Part shown: positions 14,544-22,356 of the stretch, one piece after another
Layout: every line of letters starts with the position of its first letter
Position numbering within the stretch: the first letter of the stretch is position 1
NCBI GenBank assembly: GCA_001873755.1
Contig: MNZT01000096.1
Coordinates: 1 to 23,040 of the forward strand
Source: Candidatus Wirthbacteria bacterium CG2_30_54_11
GTDB taxonomy: Bacteria > Patescibacteriota > CG2-30-54-11
Length of the DNA: 23,040 bases
Direction of reading: 5' to 3'
Notes under the pieces: model-generated
Seen by the model: only the letters and a program-made list of their open reading frames with translations
Database searches by the model: none
What the model was told of the DNA's origin: nothing
Translations under genes and position numbers: made by a program

Positions 14544-16075
14544 TGAAAGATAAGATCGAGATCCTGAAAAAACGTCGGGTGGCGCTCTCTGACAGCAAAC
14601 GGACAGAATCCCAGCACGAGAAAGGCAGATTGACCGCGCGTGAACGCATCCTCATGCTGGTGGACAAGGAGAGCTTTGTAGAACTGGACCCCTATGTGCA
14701 GCTGCGGAGCCACAATTTCAACCTGCAGGAAAAGAAGACCGACGGGGATGGGGTTGTGACCGGCTACGGCAGGGTCAACGGCCGCAAGGTCGCCATCTAT
14801 GCCCAGGATGCGACGGCCATGGGCGGCAGCCTCGGGGAGATGCATGCGGCCAAAATCGCCCAGGTCCAGGATATGGCAATCAGCTGTGGCTGTCCTATCA
14901 TCGGCATCATCGACAGCGGCGGCGCCCGCATCCAGGAGGGAGTCAACAGCCTCGACGGCTATGCCGAGGTGTTCAACCGCAATGTCCGCTCCAGCGGCGT
15001 GGTCCCTCAGATCGCCGTCATCGTCGGCCCTTCGGCCGGCGGCGCCTGCTATTCCCCGGCGCTTATGGACTTCATCTTCATGGTGAAGGATCTGAGTTAT
15101 ATGTTCATCACCGGTCCCCAGGTGATCAAACTGGTCACCAGTGAGGAGATCGATTTCGAGGGACTCGGCGGCGCCATGGTGCACAACCAGAAGAGCGGGG
15201 TGGCGCATTTCGCCATGGCCAACGAAGAAGGCTGCTTCCATTTCGTGAAAAAGCTTCTCCGCTATCTGCCATCCAACAATCTGGAAGACCCGCCCCGGGT
15301 GCCGAGCGAAGATCCCGCTGACCGGTTGTGCGACCGGATACTGGATCTCGTACCGGCCGACTCTACCAAGTCCTACGAGATGAAGGATGTCATCGAGGAG
15401 ATCGTCGACCGGGATTCTTTCTTCGGTCTGCAGAAGTTCTATGCCCGGAACGTGATCATCGGGCTTGCCCGGCTGGATGGATTTCCGGTCGGCATCGTAG
15501 CCAATCAGCCCAAGATCCTCGCCGGCTGCCTCGATATCGACGCCTCGGACAAGATCGCCCGGTTCGTCACCTTCTGCGATGCGTTCAATATCCCAGTGGT
15601 CAACCTAGTTGATGTTCCCGGGTATCTTCCGGGCGTCAATCAAGAGCATCAGGGCATCATCCGCCACGGGGCCAAAATTCTCTATGCGTACGCCGCATCT
15701 ACCATTCCCAAGATATCGGTAGTTCTGCGCAAGTCGTACGGCGGGGCCTACATCGCGCTCTCGTCGAAGAAGATGGGCTACGATCAGGTCATCGCCTGGC
15801 CGACGGCGGAGCTCGCGGTCATGGGAGCGGAGCAGGCAGTCGATATCGTGTACGGCCGCGAGCTGAGCGAGAAGAAGAGCAAACGGCTCAGAGCCAGAAA
15901 GATCGAGGAATACCGTGAAAAATTCATGAATCCCTATACTGCTGCCCAGATGGGTCAGGTCGATATGATCATCGACCCGAGGGAGACCAGAAAGACCCTG
16001 ATCTCCAGCCTTTCCTTCCTCCGCACCAAACGCGTCCCCAAGGTCAGCCGCAAACACGGTTCCATGCCGGTCTAG
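14543..16075 (+). CDS. Acyl-CoA carboxylase carboxyltransferase subunit (PccB / MmdA / MccB family; substrate not assignable by eye)
   Basis: 510 aa from the ATG at 14543, with TGATG overlap and AAGGAGGAG upstream. QHEKGRLTARERILMLVDKESFVELD, IIDSGGARIQEG and AYAASTIPKISVVLRKSYGGAYIAL are hallmark carboxyltransferase segments. Confidence 0.88.
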   Translation: MKDKIEILKKRRVALSDSKRTESQHEKGRLTARERILMLVDKESFVELDPYVQLRSHNFNLQEKKTDGDGVVTGYGRVNGRKVAIYAQDATAMGGSLGEMHAAKIAQVQDMAISCGCPIIGIIDSGGARIQEGVNSLDGYAEVFNRNVRSSGVVPQIAVIVGPSAGGACYSPALMDFIFMVKDLSYMFITGPQVIKLVTSEEIDFEGLGGAMVHNQKSGVAHFAMANEEGCFHFVKKLLRYLPSNNLEDPPRVPSEDPADRLCDRILDLVPADSTKSYEMKDVIEEIVDRDSFFGLQKFYARNVIIGLARLDGFPVGIVANQPKILAGCLDIDASDKIARFVTFCDAFNIPVVNLVDVPGYLPGVNQEHQGIIRHGAKILYAYAASTIPKISVVLRKSYGGAYIALSSKKMGYDQVIAWPTAELAVMGAEQAVDIVYGRELSEKKSKRLRARKIEEYREKFMNPYTAAQMGQVDMIIDPRETRKTLISSLSFLRTKRVPKVSRKHGSMPV

Positions 16076-16087
16076 TACAGGTGGTCT

Positions 16088-16501
16088 ATGGCTTCGGACA
16101 GAACTACCAAGATCAATATCATCTTGAAAGAAACCAAGCATACGATCCGTTTTGTGGAAAACGGGCCGCAAGAGCTACTGGTGGGTATCGATGGTGCGAC
16201 CGTGCCGGTGGACCTGGACCGCATGGTCTCATCTCAGGATATTGAGAACCGATTTGAGCATGATGACGAGTTCGAGGAGGAGGGAAGTGAATCGAAAGTG
16301 ATATCCCCGATCCCCGGAGTGGTCACCAGTATATTTGTGAAAGAGGGAGACGAGGTTCAGTCAGGGCAGCCCCTGTGCATGATCCTGGCCATGAAGATGG
16401 AAAATGAAATTACAAGTCCGAGGACCGGGGCGATCAGGCAGGTCGGTATCCAGTCAGGACAATCAGTCATGAGCGGTCATATACTTTTCGAATTTGTCTA
16501 G
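16088..16501 (+). CDS. Biotin carboxyl carrier protein (biotinyl domain)
   Basis: 137 aa. The C-terminal biotinyl domain carries the attachment motif in PLCMILAMKMENEITSP (AMKM). An acidic linker (EHDDEFEEEGSES) precedes it. Confidence 0.85.
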   Translation: MASDRTTKINIILKETKHTIRFVENGPQELLVGIDGATVPVDLDRMVSSQDIENRFEHDDEFEEEGSESKVISPIPGVVTSIFVKEGDEVQSGQPLCMILAMKMENEITSPRTGAIRQVGIQSGQSVMSGHILFEFV

Positions 16502-16510
16502 GAAATACTC

Positions 16511-17095
16511 ATGAGAGAACTTGATGCTGTCGCATCTTCCCGCCGTCTGGTAATCGTCAGGGTTTTCAGCATGGCTGCCTGTCTCGCCCTGACGGCTTTT
16601 GGCGCTCAGATACGGATTCCGCTCTGGTTCACCCCGGTGCCGGTGACCGGTCAGGTGTTCGGGGTGATCTGTACAGGATTGTTGCTTGATGCCAGGGCTG
16701 CAGTCAGCGTTCAATTTGCGTATGTATTTTTGGGAGTACTCGGTATCCCCTGGTTTACCAACGGCGGCGGGGGGGCAGGTTATCTGCTCGGACCGACCGG
16801 GGGCTATCTGGTTGGATTCATGGTTGCTGCCGGCGTTATCGCAGTGCTTCGCCAGAGAATATCTGGCATCACAGCTTCTCTGACCGGGGTCGCGGTCATT
16901 TATCTTGCCGGCACTATCTGGCTGGCGGTGTACCTCAATACGATTTCGCATATGCCTTTGTCGACGGCGCTGCCCAAAGCGTTCTGGCTGGGAGTCGCGC
17001 CGTTCTGGCTGGGCGATGTCGTAAAAGCAGTCTTGGCGACCCTGGTCTCGTCCCGCTTCAGCTCTCCATCAGGCCGAGCAGACAGGACTCAATGA
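16511..17095 (+). CDS. bioY: Biotin transporter BioY (ECF-type S component)
   Basis: 194 aa, about 6 [29 protein letters not shown] and [12 protein letters not shown] match the conserved BioY signatures (PVPiTlQ, GPTGGYL). Confidence 0.85.
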   Translation: MRELDAVASSRRLVIVRVFSMAACLALTAFGAQIRIPLWFTPVPVTGQVFGVICTGLLLDARAAVSVQFAYVFLGVLGIPWFTNGGGGAGYLLGPTGGYLVGFMVAAGVIAVLRQRISGITASLTGVAVIYLAGTIWLAVYLNTISHMPLSTALPKAFWLGVAPFWLGDVVKAVLATLVSSRFSSPSGRADRTQ

Positions 17096-18377
17096 GTTCA
17101 GGAGTATTGTCCCTGATGACATAGAGCGGTATTCCTTCTGACTCTGCCAGCCGGATGGAAGGGCCGCGGTTGCGGTAGAATTTTTTCTGGGCGAATACCA
17201 TATCCGCATCCTGTATGCGGGGCGCGATCCGGATATTCAGTCCGAGTCTCTGTCCTATAGCCTCGATGTGTTTACGGCTCACGCCGAGAGGGTAAATGGT
17301 ATAGAGGTGCGGTTCTGGAGCGGGAACTCCTTTGCTCCACAGATCGTGATCGTCGCGCGGCGCTATCAGCGGGGTATAGGATTCCCTGACGACGGTTCCG
17401 TCTGCTTTTCTCAATCTTTTTTCCCGGGCCGGCTCTGTTCCCCGCAGCAGCAGATCGACCGCCGCGGCGACCTCGGGATGGATGAGCAGATCGTCCCTGT
17501 CCAGAATCTCGATGACGATATCAAAGGTGGGCGGGGCTTTGCGTTCGAGGACTGACTTCTGGGTGCCGCGTCTCTTCGCTTCCTCGTCTCCGAGCGTGAC
17601 GCTCTGGATGCCGCCGACGAGGTCATTCAGGGTAGGGTTCTGTATGAGGTTTTCGAGTGTATTGCCGTGCGCAGTGGCGATGAGCTGGACGCCTCGTTCG
17701 GCGATGGTGCGGGCAGCTTCGGCTTCGTCAGTCGTGCCTATCTCGTCGATCACGATCACCTGCGGCATATGGTTTTCGACCGCTTCGATCATGATATGGT
17801 GCTGCTCTCTGGGATGGGTCACCTGCATGCGGCGGGCGCTGCCGATAGCGGGGTGAGGGATGTCGCCGTCTCCGGCGATCTCATTGGAGGTGTCGACGAT
17901 GACGACCCTTTTGTGCAGGTCGTCAGACAGGATGCGGGCGGTTTCTCTCAGGATGGTGGTTTTGCCCACCCCGGGCCGGCCGAGGATCAGGATGCTTTGG
18001 CCTGACTCGATGAGGTCGCGGATGATCTCGGCGGTGCCGAACACCGCTCTGCCGACCCGGCAGGTCAGCCCGATCACCTGGCCGCTGCGGTTCCTGAGGG
18101 CAGAGATGCGGTGGAGTGTCCGTTCGATACCGGCGCGGTTGTCGCCCCCGAATTCACCGAGATGTGTAGTCACATGAGAAATATCGGCAGGACTGACCAC
18201 AGTTTTGCCCAGGGCTGTTTCCCGGCCATCACAGCGGATGGTGGGGGTACGGCCCAGGTCCAGAATGACCTCGACGAGCTGATCGTGTCCTTTGATCTTC
18301 TGGAGGGCGGTGCGGATGCGGAGCGGCAGTATGGCCACGAAGAGCTTCAGGTCTGCCGAGGCGGTGCTTTTGGGCAT
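17058..18377 (-). CDS. SpoIIIAA / Ycf45-like AAA+ ATPase
   Basis: 439 aa. It has Walker [14 protein letters not shown], Walker [10 protein letters not shown] and the family-typical [26 protein letters not shown]-terminal alpha/beta domain of about 90 aa has unclear function. The 3' end overlaps bioY convergently by 38 bp. Confidence 0.75.
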   Translation of the reverse strand: MPKSTASADLKLFVAILPLRIRTALQKIKGHDQLVEVILDLGRTPTIRCDGRETALGKTVVSPADISHVTTHLGEFGGDNRAGIERTLHRISALRNRSGQVIGLTCRVGRAVFGTAEIIRDLIESGQSILILGRPGVGKTTILRETARILSDDLHKRVVIVDTSNEIAGDGDIPHPAIGSARRMQVTHPREQHHIMIEAVENHMPQVIVIDEIGTTDEAEAARTIAERGVQLIATAHGNTLENLIQNPTLNDLVGGIQSVTLGDEEAKRRGTQKSVLERKAPPTFDIVIEILDRDDLLIHPEVAAAVDLLLRGTEPAREKRLRKADGTVVRESYTPLIAPRDDHDLWSKGVPAPEPHLYTIYPLGVSRKHIEAIGQRLGLNIRIAPRIQDADMVFAQKKFYRNRGPSIRLAESEGIPLYVIRDNTPELIESCLLGLMES

Positions 18378-18382
18378 ATGGC

Positions 18383-18904
18383 TTACCGTTCATAGACGAA
18401 TATGGGAAGGCGGTCAGTGTCAGGACGGTCTTCCGCCACGGGCGACCAGCCTGCCACCGGGAAACTGTAGGAGACAATCCTGGTCCCTTTGTTCAGCTCT
18501 GTTTCAAACTTGGGGCGCAACCGTTCGAGCGCATAGGGGTTCAGGAAGCAGAAGATGACATTGGCATCACGGAGGTCTGCTTTATAAAAGTCGGCCATAC
18601 GGATAGAAACCCGTTTTGCCTGGCCGCTCAGTAGTGTTTTCAGTCTGCATATCAGCACATGGACCGGCGAAAGTTCGTATCCGATGAGGGCTGAAGCTTT
18701 GGAGAATCTGGCGGCACCGAGCAGCAGCCGTCCGTCGCCGGCGCCCAGGTCGTAGACTGTATCGGTTGGCGATATTCTGCCGAGATCTACCATACGGCGG
18801 ACATCGCCGGCTTTGGTGGGGACAGGCGGGGCAGCGACGATGCTGCTGTAGACGAGCGGGAGGAAGAGCACACAGAAAATGATGAGCAGGACGAGTTCGG
18901 GCAT
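18383..18904 (-). CDS. TM-anchored class I (7-beta-strand) SAM-dependent methyltransferase, resembling the FAM173/ATPSCKMT-like protein-lysine methyltransferase family
   Basis: 173 aa from the ATG at 18904 ([19 protein letters not shown] is the TM helix; the track's 18970 start overlaps the upstream gene). SAM motif I is [16 protein letters not shown], followed by post-I IGYELSP and VIFCFLNP...[14 protein letters not shown]. Confidence 0.6.
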   Translation of the reverse strand: MPELVLLIIFCVLFLPLVYSSIVAAPPVPTKAGDVRRMVDLGRISPTDTVYDLGAGDGRLLLGAARFSKASALIGYELSPVHVLICRLKTLLSGQAKRVSIRMADFYKADLRDANVIFCFLNPYALERLRPKFETELNKGTRIVSYSFPVAGWSPVAEDRPDTDRLPIFVYER

Positions 18905-18932
18905 GGTCGGTATCCTCGAAAGAGGGGAAAGA

Positions 18933-20486
18933 TCAGTCAGGAATCCAAAGGTGCTGAGGCCAGGAATCATCAGAAGTGGAAGCTTCTTTGTGATAATTGG
19001 AGGTGATGGCCTGGCACAGTCCCTCGTTCATGCGACCTGCATCAGGTCGGGCCTGCGAGTTTTCAGTCTGACAAGAGTCGGAGAGCAGGATCAGCTTGAT
19101 GGTCTTGTCCTGTAACCGGAAGAGGATGGGAGAAGGATCGAAGAGACCATGTTCGATGAGCTGCATGAGTCCGAATGGATCCATCAGGTACTCAGTTTTC
19201 TCGGTCAGGGGCGCCCAGGACGGATCATCGCTGAGGAAAGGGCCATGGGAAGACTCGATCCGGTCAAGGAGCAGGCGATAAGCCGGGAGATCCTGCTGCA
19301 TGGTGGTGAAGTGGTGGGAAAGCGTTATCTGGGAGCCCAGGTACAAATATACCATACAGACAGTCATCAGGCCGAAGGCGAGTAACCGGTAGTGCTTCCG
19401 AGGGATCAGTGGGATCCGGGGCAGGGCTGAAGAGAGGTGTATACCCGAAAGGCGACTGAGGAGTGAGAGGCTGAGGAGAGAGGCAAAAGTGGTTTCGATA
19501 CTATGGTTTGTGGACGAGCCTGCTTTGCCCATATATACCGCAGACACCAGCAAAGAAAAAACAGGATAGAGGAGGCAAAAGGCGGTGACCGGGTCACGGC
19601 GGAGATAGAGAGCGACGGTTTTTTGTTTCAGCGCGCAATACCAGATGAAAAGTGGCAACAGTGGCACGGCGGATGTCAGGAGATACAGAAAACCATAAAT
19701 GGTCAGATCCCAGTGGCGGGTGTGAAGCGCATTTGCCGCGATCGTATGATCCACGAACCTGCCGCCGGTCATCTGGTTCAGGATCAGGAACGTACCGCAG
19801 GAAAAAATCATGAACACCAGACCGGGCAGATACCAGTTTTTCGGTCGCCGCCGGGAAATGAACTCCACGGTCATGAGCAGGAGCGGGGCGAGGAAAAACG
19901 TCTGTTTGGTGAATAAAGCAGCCACCAGACAGAGCATGCCGAGGCATTTGCCGGTCAGGCGAGAGGAGGTGAGGTAGAAGGTGATCCCCAGTGCTGTCCA
20001 CATGAGTGCCAGGATATCGACCCGGCTCAACAAACCCCAGAGAAGGAAAGGATATGAGGAGAGGAATCCGAGGAGTGAGAGCCAGGCGTACAGCGAACGT
20101 CCGGTCAGTCGCCTGATGAAGGTAAAAGTTGCCCCGAGCGTAACGGTCAAAGCAGCCAGGCTGATCAGGCGACCGGAGATGAAAGGATTGAGGTCAGGAA
20201 ACAACTCCAGACCCAGGGCGTGCAGTACGAAGAAGACCGGGGGGTAGGGCGTATGGATGTAAGGCGCCTGGGAAAATGGTGGGTACAAGGCACGCAGGTC
20301 ATGCGTATGCTTTAGTATCCGGGAGAGATATGCTATATGACCTTCACCATATTCCAGGCTGAAGGGATAGGTGATGAAATCCCAGCAACTCGTGAGGTAG
20401 CCCAGCAGGCACAGAGAGGTGATCGCCATGAGGGCATACTGCGAGAGGCGGGCAGGAGAGCGGAGAATACGACGAAAATCTGGCAT
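18933..20486 (-). CDS. GT-C-fold membrane glycosyltransferase (ArnT/PMT_2-like) with a C-terminal soluble domain
   Basis: 517 aa. It has about 11 TM helices, an acidic first extracytoplasmic loop (FSLEYGEGHIAYLSRIL) and a non-hydrophobic C-terminal region of about 110 aa. Confidence 0.55.
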   Translation of the reverse strand: MPDFRRILRSPARLSQYALMAITSLCLLGYLTSCWDFITYPFSLEYGEGHIAYLSRILKHTHDLRALYPPFSQAPYIHTPYPPVFFVLHALGLELFPDLNPFISGRLISLAALTVTLGATFTFIRRLTGRSLYAWLSLLGFLSSYPFLLWGLLSRVDILALMWTALGITFYLTSSRLTGKCLGMLCLVAALFTKQTFFLAPLLLMTVEFISRRRPKNWYLPGLVFMIFSCGTFLILNQMTGGRFVDHTIAANALHTRHWDLTIYGFLYLLTSAVPLLPLFIWYCALKQKTVALYLRRDPVTAFCLLYPVFSLLVSAVYMGKAGSSTNHSIETTFASLLSLSLLSRLSGIHLSSALPRIPLIPRKHYRLLAFGLMTVCMVYLYLGSQITLSHHFTTMQQDLPAYRLLLDRIESSHGPFLSDDPSWAPLTEKTEYLMDPFGLMQLIEHGLFDPSPILFRLQDKTIKLILLSDSCQTENSQARPDAGRMNEGLCQAITSNYHKEASTSDDSWPQHLWIPD

Positions 20487-20541
20487 TTTGCTTGGCTAAT
20501 GAACTGGGATCGGGCAGGAGCCATAGTAAACCAGGGCGACT

Positions 20542-22227
20542 ATGGAATCAAGGCAGAACTGCAGGATGTTTTGCAGATGGGGGATGATGAGCGATAATGC
20601 GCGTATGCTCAACCTGAAGAAAAACTGGCCGTACATCCTCTTCTCAGGGATATTTCTGTTAACAGGGCTGTTTTACCTGCAGTTCGTCCACGTCAGGCCA
20701 ATATTTGACGGGGAAGTCTATCTGCGCGCCGTGGTCGATCTCATGCGTCAGGACTGGGACCTGATGGACCTCAATATTTTCAACCATCCGTCCATGGCGT
20801 ACATAGTCCTTTTCGCCCCGATCCGCCTGGTGAAAACACAGGTTGTCGAGGCGGTCAATCTGATCAATATCGCTCTGGCGCTGATGGGCGGTATTTTCTT
20901 TTATTTACTCGTCCGCGCTCTTTTTTTCCGGAGAGGGCACCAGGTGGAACACGCCCTGCTTACTCTGCTCCTCTGTCTGAATCCGCTTTTTGTTGCCTGT
21001 ATTTTCAATTTCAACCTAGATTTTCCAGTGACGATTTTTTCGGTTATCGCACTCTGCGCAATGGTCAGGCGTCAACGTCTCCTTTTTTTGCTGGCGGGCA
21101 TTTTCCTGGTTTTTTCCAAAGAAACAGGTATCCTAATTTATCTGCTCCTGGCGTTTTCTTTTGGCATCATGCGTGTGATCGAGGCGGCGAGGATACCGCA
21201 GCCCGCATCGGGAGGCAGGCTGAGGACCTGGCTTTGTATGCAGGTATCGTCCCCGAAATTATGGTTGCGGCAGCTCTGGAATGTGGTTTTTTATCTGTGT
21301 CCCATCTTTCTGCTGGAGTTGTATGTCTACTATCGTACGAGAGCCGGTTCGGGACAGGTTTTCTGGGAGGGGAATGGTCTCACTGGAAGCGGTTCGGTTT
21401 TCGTTTTCAACATCTTTGCCGAACTGCCGGCCAAGGTCACCCGGCTGGTTCAATTCTTCATTCTCAACAGTTCCTGGATACTGACCTTGAGTATTCTGAT
21501 CGGAGCAGGAGCTTTTGTACTGAGAACCCTGCGGCGCAGACGAACTGGTCGCATCTTGGCCGGGAGAAGTGACCTGTGGGCGATAGGCCTGGTGTTCCTC
21601 GGATATGTCTATGTCCTGACCAGCTTTGTCACCTTTTCCAATCCGCGGTATGTTCTGCCGGCGCTGCCTCTGCTGATCCTGTTGTTTTATCGTGCGCTCC
21701 TGGAGTTGATCCGGTCGTCTCAGGTGCGGGTTATTGTCATCTTCGTCATAGCTGTTTTCGCCGTAGTGCAGGTGTACCGTACCGTGGACCCGGTCTCCAT
21801 GCAGCTGTTGGGGACCGTGCAGGTCGGAGAACATGAGATGCTGGCCATGAACTCGTTCACGCATGAATTCGCCGGCCTCGCAGGGCGCGACCAGATCATC
21901 TACAACCTGGAGTACCGGTACCTGGGTGAGCTTGCCGATAGGATAGCTGACTTTGCCTATCACCAGGACGCCACCGTCGTCTTCAATGCCGATGCCGAAT
22001 CCTACCTTTTTGTCTCTGATACTGCGCCTGAGCGGGCGTATATCCAGTACCTGCCTCTCGTGGCAGACAGCATCCCGACCAAGCGCATCCTGTATATTAA
22101 TTTTCCCTTCATCGCTCCTATGGAGGCGGAACTTCCGACCGTGGGGCAGTTTTTTGACATCGGAAGCGAAGTGGTATTCGAACGCGACGGGTATGCGCTG
22201 CCGGCCTATGAACTCCTTCGCCGATAG
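20542..22227 (+). CDS. GT-C-fold membrane glycosyltransferase (ArnT/PMT_2-like), divergent paralogue-like partner
   Basis: 561 aa. The start is uncertain (ATG at 20542, 20584, 20587 or 20605). It has multiple TM helices, a first-loop motif RPIFDGEVYLRAVVDLM and a C-terminal soluble domain of about 160 aa. Confidence 0.55.
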   Translation: MESRQNCRMFCRWGMMSDNARMLNLKKNWPYILFSGIFLLTGLFYLQFVHVRPIFDGEVYLRAVVDLMRQDWDLMDLNIFNHPSMAYIVLFAPIRLVKTQVVEAVNLINIALALMGGIFFYLLVRALFFRRGHQVEHALLTLLLCLNPLFVACIFNFNLDFPVTIFSVIALCAMVRRQRLLFLLAGIFLVFSKETGILIYLLLAFSFGIMRVIEAARIPQPASGGRLRTWLCMQVSSPKLWLRQLWNVVFYLCPIFLLELYVYYRTRAGSGQVFWEGNGLTGSGSVFVFNIFAELPAKVTRLVQFFILNSSWILTLSILIGAGAFVLRTLRRRRTGRILAGRSDLWAIGLVFLGYVYVLTSFVTFSNPRYVLPALPLLILLFYRALLELIRSSQVRVIVIFVIAVFAVVQVYRTVDPVSMQLLGTVQVGEHEMLAMNSFTHEFAGLAGRDQIIYNLEYRYLGELADRIADFAYHQDATVVFNADAESYLFVSDTAPERAYIQYLPLVADSIPTKRILYINFPFIAPMEAELPTVGQFFDIGSEVVFERDGYALPAYELLRR

Positions 22228-22356
22228 GCCCTGATTATTTTTTTGCGCCTCCTTATATTCGTGACCGGTTTCTGGTATCATCTGCGCAACCTCTGCTGGC
22301 GATCTTCTGCTCACCGTGCAGGCAAGTCCCAATCCATTTATGCAAAAGGATACGAC

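Noticed and set aside
10846-14545. Non-ATG starts used by the ORF track (TTG 10846, TTG 12311, GTG 14540) and the long N-terminal extensions at 13845 and 18970
   Set aside because: In each case a nearby in-frame ATG has a better Shine-Dalgarno context or matches the conserved family N-terminus (10852, 12344, 14543, 13902, 18904). The longer versions would overlap upstream genes substantially. The true starts remain uncertain by a few codons.
14528-15241. 237-aa minus-strand ORF rich in Ala/Gly/Asp/His
   Set aside because: It is antisense to the carboxyltransferase gene, which has unmistakable family signatures. This is a shadow ORF.
14543-16501. Carboxyltransferase plus BCCP considered as a Na+-translocating glutaconyl-/methylmalonyl-CoA decarboxylase (GcdA/GcdC type), given the neighbouring Gct-like genes
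   Set aside because: No integral-membrane beta subunit (GcdB/OadB/MmdB-like) is present, and an ATP-grasp biotin carboxylase is encoded in the same operon. Both point to an ATP-dependent carboxylase.
17058-18904. ATPase plus methyltransferase considered as a restriction-modification or phage-defence pair
   Set aside because: The methyltransferase is small and TM-anchored. It shows protein or small-molecule-type motif I and none of the DNA MTase motifs (DPPY/NPPY or PCQ). No nuclease or specificity subunit is present, and the ATPase matches the SpoIIIAA/Ycf45 family rather than known defence NTPases.
22231-22259. T7 run and possible sigma70-like promoter (CTGATT-17 nt-TATATT) between the GT-C gene and the ALDH gene
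   Set aside because: No GC-rich hairpin precedes the T-run, so it is not a convincing intrinsic terminator. The -35 matches only 3 of 6 positions. This is too weak to report as a feature.
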